A program made the position numbers and the translations under genes. From Gemmatimonadaceae bacterium (lineage in GTDB: Bacteria > Gemmatimonadota > Gemmatimonadetes > Gemmatimonadales > Gemmatimonadaceae): a stretch of 64,000 bases of DNA. The stretch lies in assembly GCA_041690755.1 (NCBI GenBank), contig JBEPWA010000007.1, positions 21,923 to 85,922 of the forward strand, written 5' to 3'. Under the pieces are notes generated by a model. The model did no database searches, was not told the DNA's origin, and was given only the letters and a program-made list of their open reading frames with translations. Shown here one piece after another: positions 53,157 to 59,963 of this stretch. The first letter of the stretch is position 1, and the number at the start of each line of letters is the position of its first letter.

Positions 53157-56100
53157 ATGATTACGGGAAAACGGCCGGTAGAAACCGGCGATGCGAATCT
53201 CGATCTCCGGAACGCAGAGGCGCTGCTTAAAACCGGCGCTTTGCAAAGCGCGATCTTCAACAGCGCGAATTTTTCGAGCATTGCCACCGACGCGAGCGGC
53301 GTCATTCAGATCTTCAACGTCGGGGCCGAGCGGATGCTCGGATACTCGGCGGCAGACGTCGTCAACAAGATCACGCCCGCCGACATCTCCGACGAGCAGG
53401 AGTTGATCGTCCGCGGCACCGCGCTGAGCATTGAGTTCGGAACGCCAATCACGCCGGGGTTCGAAGCGATGGTGTTCAAGGCGTCGCGCGGCATCGAGGA
53501 CATCTACGAGCTGACGTACATCCGGAAAGACAAGAGCCGTTTTCCGGCGGTGGTGTCGGTCACGGCGCTGCGCGACGCCGAGGATTCGATCATCGGCTAC
53601 CTGCTGATCGGCACCGACAACACCGCGCGCAAGCAGGCGGAGGAAGCGTTGCTCAAGGCCGGCGCGCTGCAGAGCGCGATCTTCAACAGCGCGAACTTCT
53701 CGAGCATTGCGACGGATGCCAAGGGCGTGATCCAGATCTTCAACGTGGGCGCCGAACGGATGCTGGGGTACACCGCCGCCGACGTGATGAACAAGAACAC
53801 GCCGGCGGACATCTCCGACCCGCAGGAACTGATTGTTCGCGGCGCCGCGCTGAGCATTGAGTTCGGCACGCCGATCACGCCGGGGTTCGAGGCGATGGTG
53901 TTCAAGGCGTCGCGCGGCATCGAGGACATCTACGAGCTGACGTACATCCGGAAAGACAAGAGCCGTTTTCCGGCCGTGGTGTCCGTCACGGCGCTGCGCG
54001 ACGCCGAGGATTCGATCATCGGCTATCTACTGATCGGCACGGACAACACCGCGCGGAAACAGGCCGAAGAAGCCCTGCGCAAGGCCGGCGCGCTCCAGAA
54101 CGCGATCTTCAACAGCGCGAATTTCTCGAGCATCGCGACGGATGCCAAGGGCGTGATCCAGATCTTCAACGTTGGCGCCGAACGGATGCTGGGGTACGCC
54201 GCCGCGGACGTGATGAACAAGAACACGCCGGCGGACATCTCCGATCCGCAGGAGCTCATCTCCCGCGCCAAGGCGTTGAGCCTGGAGTTCGGCACGCCCA
54301 TCGCCCCGGGCTTCGAGGCGTTGGTGTTCAAGGCGTCGCGCGGGATCGAAGACATCTACGAGCTGACCTACTTTCGCCGAGACGGCAGCCGGTTCCCGGC
54401 CGTGGTGTCGGTCACGGCGCTGCGGGACGAGGACAAGGCGATCATTGGCTACCTGTTGATCGGCACCGACAACACGGCACGCAAGCAGGCGGAAGACGAG
54501 CGGATGAAGCTCGATCAGCGTCTGCGCGATCAGCATTTTTATACACGGTCGCTCATCGAGTCGAACATCGATGCGCTCATGACCTGCGATCCGCGCGGCA
54601 TCATCACCGACGTCAACAAGCAGACCGAGGCGCTCACCGGGTGCACGCGCGACGAGTTGATCGGCGCACCGTTCAAGAATTATTTCACCGATCCGGCGCG
54701 CGCCGAGGCAGGCATCAACCGCGTGCTCAACGAAGGCAAGGTTACGAACTACGAGCTCACGGCGCGCGCCAGAACCGGCGAGCTCACCGTCGTATCGTAC
54801 AACGCCACCACGTTCCATGATCGGGATCGCCGGCTGCAAGGCGTCTTTGCCGCCGCCCGCGACGTCACGGAGCTCAAGCGGTTTGAGCAAACGCTCAAGC
54901 AGAAGAATGTCGAGCTGGAAGACGCCAGCCGGATGAAGTCGGAGTTCCTCGCCAACATGTCGCACGAGTTGCGGACGCCGCTCAACGCCATCATCGGGTT
55001 TTCGGAAGTGCTCAAGGACGGCTTGATGGGTGAGATGAGCGACAAGCAACGCTCCTTCATCGGCGACATTTTCAACAGCGGTAAGCATCTACTGTTGCTG
55101 ATCAACGACATTCTCGATCTGTCAAAGGTGGAGGCGGGCAAGATGTTGCTCGACCTCGAGTGGTTCGAGTTGTCGTCGGCGCTTGCCAACAGCTTTTCGA
55201 TCATCCGAGAGAAGGCGGCCAATCGCCGCGTCCGCCTCGAGATGGACGTTGCCAAGCAGCTCGGCGCGATTCAGGCCGACCCGCGAAAAGTGAAGCAGAT
55301 ACTGTACAATCTGTTGTCCAACGCGCTGAAGTTCACCAATGAGGGCGGCCAGGTCACGCTGCGCGCCGGCATCGTGCCGCGCGCTGAGGTGGGACAAATC
55401 ACCGGTGCCTGGACGGGCCGGAGCTTTCCGCTCGCTGAGAACAGCTTCGACAATTTCGTCGAGATCAGCGTTACCGACTGCGGTATCGGCATCTCGCCGG
55501 AGGGCATGGATCGGTTGTTCAAACCGTTCAGCCAGGTGGACAGCGGGCTGGCGAGAAAATTTGAAGGTACGGGGCTCGGGCTCGCCATGGTCAAGCTGCT
55601 CGCCGAACTGCATGGCGGCACGGTGGCGGTGGAGAGCGCGTTCGGCGAAGGATCGCGCTTCACAGTCTGGCTGCCGCTGCGTACGGCTGCGCGCAACGAA
55701 CCTGTGCTGGCGCGATTGTCGACTCCGCGCGCCAGCGTTCCAGCCGTGGGCGAGGCGCTGACGGCGCTCGTGGTCGAGGACGACCTCAAGTCGGCCGACC
55801 TGCTTCGGCTGCATCTGGAGGGGCAAGGCTTCAAGGTGTTGCACGCGGTGTCGGCGGAGGCTGCGCTGGCGATTGCCATCCAGCAGCCGATCGCGTTGAT
55901 CACGCTCGACATCATGTTGCCGAACATGGACGGCTGGGAGTTGCTCAGCCGCATGAAGGAAATGCCGCAACTGCGACGCATTCCGGTGGTCATCATCTCG
56001 ATCGTCGCGGATCGCAACAAGGGGTTCTCGCTGGGCGCGGCGGCGGTCATGCAGAAGCCGATCTCTCGCAAGGAGCTGAGGGAGTCGCTCGTCGATCTCG

Positions 56101-56510
56101 GGCTGTATCCCACGGCGCCAGGCAAGCCGGTGCGTGTGCTCGTGGTGGACGATGATCCCAAGGCGGTGGATCTGATTGCCGTTCGCATTGCCGGATTGGC
56201 GAGCGTGGTGTACCGCGCGTATGGCGGACAGGAGGCAATCGACATGGCGCGCCGAGAGAAACCCGATCTCCTGGTGCTCGACCTGATGATGCCCGAGGTC
56301 ACGGGCTTTGACGTGGTTGAGGCGCTGAAGGAAGACCCGGATACGGCGCAAATTCCCATTCTCATCGTGACAGCGAAGCACGTCACGCAGGAAGACAGGC
56401 TCCGCCTGAACGGCCACGTCACCACGATTATGGAAAAGGCCGACTTCGATCGCGATCGATTCACCTCCGAAGTCCGGCGTGCCATGTCCGGACGACATGT
56501 GGCGGTCTGA
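53157..56510 (+). CDS. Hybrid sensor histidine kinase: 3 near-identical PAS modules, a 4th PAS, HisKA, HATPase_c and 2 receiver domains
   Basis: PAS modules (see the repeat feature). HisKA H-box FLANMSHELRTPLNAI. N and G boxes (LLSNALKFT.., DCGIGI.., GTGLGLAMVK). Two REC domains (LVVEDD..DIMLPNMDG.. and LVVDDD..DLMMPEVTG..). No TM segment. The start is uncertain (ATG 53157 chosen). Confidence 0.85.
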   Translation: MITGKRPVETGDANLDLRNAEALLKTGALQSAIFNSANFSSIATDASGVIQIFNVGAERMLGYSAADVVNKITPADISDEQELIVRGTALSIEFGTPITPGFEAMVFKASRGIEDIYELTYIRKDKSRFPAVVSVTALRDAEDSIIGYLLIGTDNTARKQAEEALLKAGALQSAIFNSANFSSIATDAKGVIQIFNVGAERMLGYTAADVMNKNTPADISDPQELIVRGAALSIEFGTPITPGFEAMVFKASRGIEDIYELTYIRKDKSRFPAVVSVTALRDAEDSIIGYLLIGTDNTARKQAEEALRKAGALQNAIFNSANFSSIATDAKGVIQIFNVGAERMLGYAAADVMNKNTPADISDPQELISRAKALSLEFGTPIAPGFEALVFKASRGIEDIYELTYFRRDGSRFPAVVSVTALRDEDKAIIGYLLIGTDNTARKQAEDERMKLDQRLRDQHFYTRSLIESNIDALMTCDPRGIITDVNKQTEALTGCTRDELIGAPFKNYFTDPARAEAGINRVLNEGKVTNYELTARARTGELTVVSYNATTFHDRDRRLQGVFAAARDVTELKRFEQTLKQKNVELEDASRMKSEFLANMSHELRTPLNAIIGFSEVLKDGLMGEMSDKQRSFIGDIFNSGKHLLLLINDILDLSKVEAGKMLLDLEWFELSSALANSFSIIREKAANRRVRLEMDVAKQLGAIQADPRKVKQILYNLLSNALKFTNEGGQVTLRAGIVPRAEVGQITGAWTGRSFPLAENSFDNFVEISVTDCGIGISPEGMDRLFKPFSQVDSGLARKFEGTGLGLAMVKLLAELHGGTVAVESAFGEGSRFTVWLPLRTAARNEPVLARLSTPRASVPAVGEALTALVVEDDLKSADLLRLHLEGQGFKVLHAVSAEAALAIAIQQPIALITLDIMLPNMDGWELLSRMKEMPQLRRIPVVIISIVADRNKGFSLGAAAVMQKPISRKELRESLVDLGLYPTAPGKPVRVLVVDDDPKAVDLIAVRIAGLASVVYRAYGGQEAIDMARREKPDLLVLDLMMPEVTGFDVVEALKEDPDTAQIPILIVTAKHVTQEDRLRLNGHVTTIMEKADFDRDRFTSEVRRAMSGRHVAV
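53214..54491 (+). repeat. Three tandem 426-bp (142-codon) repeats encoding PAS modules
   Basis: Units start at about 53214, 53640 and 54066. An approximately 80-bp stretch (GATGGTGTTCAAGGCGTCGCGCGGCATCGAGGACATCTACGAGCTGACGTACATCCGGAAAGACAAGAGCCGTTTTCCGGC) is identical in units 1 and 2 at a 426-bp offset. Confidence 0.9.
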
Positions 56511-56511
56511 C

Positions 56512-56904
56512 ATGACAACCGTACTGGTAGTAGAAGACAACCCGGCGAACATGACGTTGGCCGTATTTCTCCTTGAATCGGTGGGTCACCGAGTGCTGAG
56601 CGCAATCGATGCCGAAGCGGGACTGACGTTGGCGCGCGTCGAGCAGCCCGACCTCATCCTGATGGACATCCAGCTGCCGGGTATGGACGGACTCGAGGCC
56701 ACCGGAGTGCTGAAGGCATCGGAGGAAACGCGCGCTATTCCGGTGATCGCGCTCACCGCGCTCGCCATGAAGGGCGACGAGGAACGCATTCGCGCCGCCG
56801 GATGCGACGGCTATATCGCCAAGCCAATGGCCTACAAGGAATTTCTGGCGACAGTGGCCGCGCAACTCGCACAGGCTCCGTCGGGCGCTCCACGAGGAGA
56901 CTGA
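56512..56904 (+). CDS. Single-domain (CheY-like) response regulator
   Basis: VLVVEDNP.N, LILMDIQLPGMDG, IPVIALTA.AMKGD, GCDGYIAKP. ATG lies 1 nt after the HK stop. Confidence 0.9.
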   Translation: MTTVLVVEDNPANMTLAVFLLESVGHRVLSAIDAEAGLTLARVEQPDLILMDIQLPGMDGLEATGVLKASEETRAIPVIALTALAMKGDEERIRAAGCDGYIAKPMAYKEFLATVAAQLAQAPSGAPRGD

Positions 56905-57383
56905 TGCCGGAAAGCTCGATACCCAATGCCGGTGTCCGTTTTCCTCCACCGCTGCTCTTTGTCGGTGGCTTCGTTGCCGGATGGGCAATTGGCCGATTCA
57001 TGTTCTCATTGCCGCTCACCGGCCAACATGGCTCCGCGCTCGCATCCGCGGGGTGGTGGATCGTGGCTGTCGGCGTGTGTCTGCTCACGTGGGGCATGAT
57101 CACGTTCGTCGCGATGCACACCGCGATCATCCCCGATCGGCCGGCGAGCCGCGTCGTGACCCGCGGACCATACCGATTCACGCGTAATCCGATGTACGTG
57201 GGACTGACGATCGTCTACCTGGGATTGTGCGCGGTCGTCAATTCGGTGTGGCCGGTCCTCGTATTGCCACTCGTTCTAGCGCTGCTCGTGCGGCTGGTGA
57301 TCCGGCGCGAGGAGGCATACTTGCTCGATGCCTTCGGCACCGACTACGCCGAGTACCAGGCGCGCGTTCGGCGGTGGCTGTAG
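56904..57383 (+). CDS. ICMT/PEMT-family membrane methyltransferase
   Basis: 4-5 TM helices. Motifs GPYRFTRNPMYVG and REE..L...FG..Y..Y. The start overlaps the RR stop (TGATG). Confidence 0.75.
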   Translation: MPESSIPNAGVRFPPPLLFVGGFVAGWAIGRFMFSLPLTGQHGSALASAGWWIVAVGVCLLTWGMITFVAMHTAIIPDRPASRVVTRGPYRFTRNPMYVGLTIVYLGLCAVVNSVWPVLVLPLVLALLVRLVIRREEAYLLDAFGTDYAEYQARVRRWL

Positions 57384-57395
57384 CCGTTCGCCGAG

Positions 57396-57947
57396 CTAAC
57401 CGCGGTGTGCCGCTGCGGCACGGAGCGCAGCCGCAAAGTCGCCTTCGTCCTCCCAGTTGCCGTCGAACCGTACGCCGTTGATGAAGAACGTGGGCGTGCC
57501 GTTCACCCCGCTCCGAACGCCGCCGGTGAAGTCTGCTCGAACGCGCGGGCTATACGTGCGTGCGGCCAGAGCATCGCGTACCAGGCCGCCATCCACGCCT
57601 GCCTCTGCGGCATAGCGCGTGAGACTTTCGATGTCGAGCGCGTCCTGATTGTCGTAGAGCAGGTCGTGCATCTTCCAAAAACTCTCATTTCCTCCAAGCT
57701 CGGCCACCGCTTCGGCGGCTTCGGCGGCATGCTCCGCGTGCGGGTGCGCCTCGCGTAGGGGGAAATTGCGGAATACGAAACGGAGCGTGCCGGCGAGCTG
57801 CTTGCGGATCGACACCACGATTGGGTGAGCGGTGCCGCAGTGCGAACACTCGTAATCGCCGTACTCCACCAGCGTAACCGGAGCGCCGGCCGGTCCGTCG
57901 GCGTGATCGGTGCTGCCCACGGCCGGAGTGAGGCGTGCGTCGCTCAT
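57396..57947 (-). CDS. DsbA-family thiol:disulfide oxidoreductase (thioredoxin fold)
   Basis: VTLVEYGDYECSHCG (CxxC), ..GVNGTPTFFING. The start overlaps the upstream stop. Confidence 0.85.
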   Translation of the reverse strand: MSDARLTPAVGSTDHADGPAGAPVTLVEYGDYECSHCGTAHPIVVSIRKQLAGTLRFVFRNFPLREAHPHAEHAAEAAEAVAELGGNESFWKMHDLLYDNQDALDIESLTRYAAEAGVDGGLVRDALAARTYSPRVRADFTGGVRSGVNGTPTFFINGVRFDGNWEDEGDFAAALRAAAAHRG

Positions 57948-58450
57948 GGTTTGCCCTCCGTTGGTTTCGACGCGGGGGACGCACCCAGCGACTCGAGCGC
58001 GCGAAGGATTCCGTCGGCGCCCGGGTTCACGCCCATGGGTGAGAGGTAGCTCCAGCGAATCACGCCTTCGGCGTCCACCACGAACAGCGCGCGCTCCGAG
58101 ATGCCGCCCTCGGTCTCATAGGCGCCGTAGGCGCGCGACACCGCGCCCTTGGGTTCGAAGTCAGCGAGCAGCGGAAAGTGGATGTGCTTGGCTTCGGCGA
58201 ACGCTCGGTGGCACCACGCCCCGTCCACCGAGATGCCCACGATCTTGGCACCGTACTCATCGAATTGCTCGCGTATCTCGTTGTAGAGCGCCATCTGATC
58301 GCCGCACACCGGACTCCAGTCGGCGGGATAGAACGCAATGATGAGCGGTTGGCCGCGTAACTCGGCGAGTGTGACGCGCTGACCGGGAGCAGACTCAAGC
58401 GAAAAGTCGGGAGCGGGAGTTCCGGGCGGTAGAATCTGATCGTGGGGCAT
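57944..58450 (-). CDS. Peroxiredoxin (AhpC/TSA family)
   Basis: PAPDFSL......V.L.ELRG.PL.IAFYPADWSPVCG, ISVD, FPLLADF. Confidence 0.85.
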   Translation of the reverse strand: MPHDQILPPGTPAPDFSLESAPGQRVTLAELRGQPLIIAFYPADWSPVCGDQMALYNEIREQFDEYGAKIVGISVDGAWCHRAFAEAKHIHFPLLADFEPKGAVSRAYGAYETEGGISERALFVVDAEGVIRWSYLSPMGVNPGADGILRALESLGASPASKPTEGKP

Positions 58451-58567
58451 GGGCGGAATCGGGTCGGGTTCAATGCGGGGCGCTGGTTGGCAACGGCACC
58501 CACTGCTGCAGAACGTGGGCCGTGAGCATGGAGCCCACGACCCACGAAACGCCCATGAACCGCCGAC

Positions 58568-58807
58568 TCACCCGAGCTTGTCGAGCAGCAGGTCGGCAAC
58601 GATCTGCTTGAGCTTCAGGTTCTCGGTTCGAAGCGCGCGGACGCCGCGCGGCCCGCTGGAGGCTGGATTGCCGTGTTGCTTGCGCCAGCGATAGAACGTG
58701 GTTTGCGAAATGCCGAGCGATCGGCAGATCTCCACCGCCGGCGTTCCGGCATCCACCCGCCGGAGCGCCTGTGTGATCTCGTCATCGGAGAACTTACTGG
58801 GTCGCAT
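58568..58807 (-). mobile_element. Solo IS3-family transposase OrfA (HTH) gene, apparently C-terminally truncated; no OrfB or inverted repeats seen
   Basis: MRPSKFSDDEITQALRRVDAGTPAVEICRSLGISQTTFYRWRKQ...........ENLKLKQIVADLLLDK is the IS3/IS407 OrfA pattern. It stops inside the leucine-zipper region. No DDE ORF follows. Confidence 0.65.
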
Positions 58808-58828
58808 TCGTTCACCCTCGACTCTCCG

Positions 58829-59884
58829 CTATGGTTTCACAATCACGTCTGGCGTCATGAGGAGGCGGAAGATCACGCGACGGTTTGCCGCCTCGCCGGC
58901 AACACCGGCTGAGTTCGGGATCTGGGAGCCTTCGCCCTTCGACTCCATGAGCACGCGGCCGGCGTCGATTCCCTTGGACACGATGTAGGCTTTCGTCGCT
59001 GCGGCACGGCGCTCGCCGAGCGCCATGTTGTAAGCGGGCGTACCCTTGACGTCTGTGTACCCTACCATGACGATGGTCATCGTGGGGTTGGCGCGGAATA
59101 CGGGGATTTTCTCGTCGAGAATCGCCTTGGCGGAATCGGTCAGCACGGACTTGTCGAACGCGAAGTGAATTGCCGCCTGCATTGTTTCCATGGACCTGGC
59201 AGTCGTGGTCGGTGCCATGCGCATGGGGTTGTCGCGTAACGAATCGCGCAACGCCCGCAGCGCGGCGTCGCGGTCGCGCAGCCGGCGGGTTTCTGCTGCG
59301 CTCACGGAATCGGAGTGCTCCATCATTGGCGCCGGCGGGGCATTCACCGTGACCGTGCGGGTCTCGACCTGGTGCGCGGGCCGGCGATAGACGCTGAGCC
59401 CGAGCCGCACGCTCTTGTACGACTTCCAATCCTGGTTCGCGAGCCAGTCCCAGACGCCGTCCACGCGGAGCGCAACGTTCTGGCTCATGGCGATCTTGGC
59501 GCCGACCAGCGCGTCCAGTCCGTACGTGTGCATGAAGTTGGTTTCCGTAGACACGCCGGCGCCTCCGCCAACGAGAATCGACAACCCGCCCGACTTGATC
59601 GGCACGCCCACGAGTCGGCCGGACAGCAAGCCGACGTTGACGTCGCGCAGGCCGTTCGGGCGCGTGGCGCGCATTTCAGCGTCCTCGAATTCAATCGACC
59701 ACCGTGGATCGAGGTAGGCGCCCACTCGACCGCCGCCGCCGTAGCCGGTCTTGAGACTGAGGCTGTTGTCGAACGTTGCGGCGCTGCCGAATGCGCCGAA
59801 CTCGATGGTGCCGCGTTCCTGCGCCGCGGCCGGCACGGCCCACATCAATGCCGCCATGCCGATTGCATATGCTCTAAGTGACAT
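58829..59884 (-). CDS. OmpA-family outer-membrane protein (N-terminal beta-barrel plus C-terminal OmpA peptidoglycan-binding domain)
   Basis: Signal peptide and barrel-like N-terminal half. C-terminal motifs FAFDKSVL, VGYTD..GT..YN..LGERRA......, ....G....NRRV. Confidence 0.85.
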   Translation of the reverse strand: MSLRAYAIGMAALMWAVPAAAQERGTIEFGAFGSAATFDNSLSLKTGYGGGGRVGAYLDPRWSIEFEDAEMRATRPNGLRDVNVGLLSGRLVGVPIKSGGLSILVGGGAGVSTETNFMHTYGLDALVGAKIAMSQNVALRVDGVWDWLANQDWKSYKSVRLGLSVYRRPAHQVETRTVTVNAPPAPMMEHSDSVSAAETRRLRDRDAALRALRDSLRDNPMRMAPTTTARSMETMQAAIHFAFDKSVLTDSAKAILDEKIPVFRANPTMTIVMVGYTDVKGTPAYNMALGERRAAATKAYIVSKGIDAGRVLMESKGEGSQIPNSAGVAGEAANRRVIFRLLMTPDVIVKP

Positions 59885-59963
59885 CAGAATCTCCTAATGA
59901 ATATTTCGAAGCCAACGTTCGATGCGGGCGCCGGACGGTCGTCCGGCGCCCGCATCGGCGGCG

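Noticed and set aside
53214-54491. Regularly spaced repeats that could be mistaken for a CRISPR array (also 60588-62420)
   Set aside because: The periods are 426 bp and about 260 bp, with no short repeat/spacer structure. Both lie in frame inside long CDSs encoding PAS and Big_2 domains. No cas genes are present.
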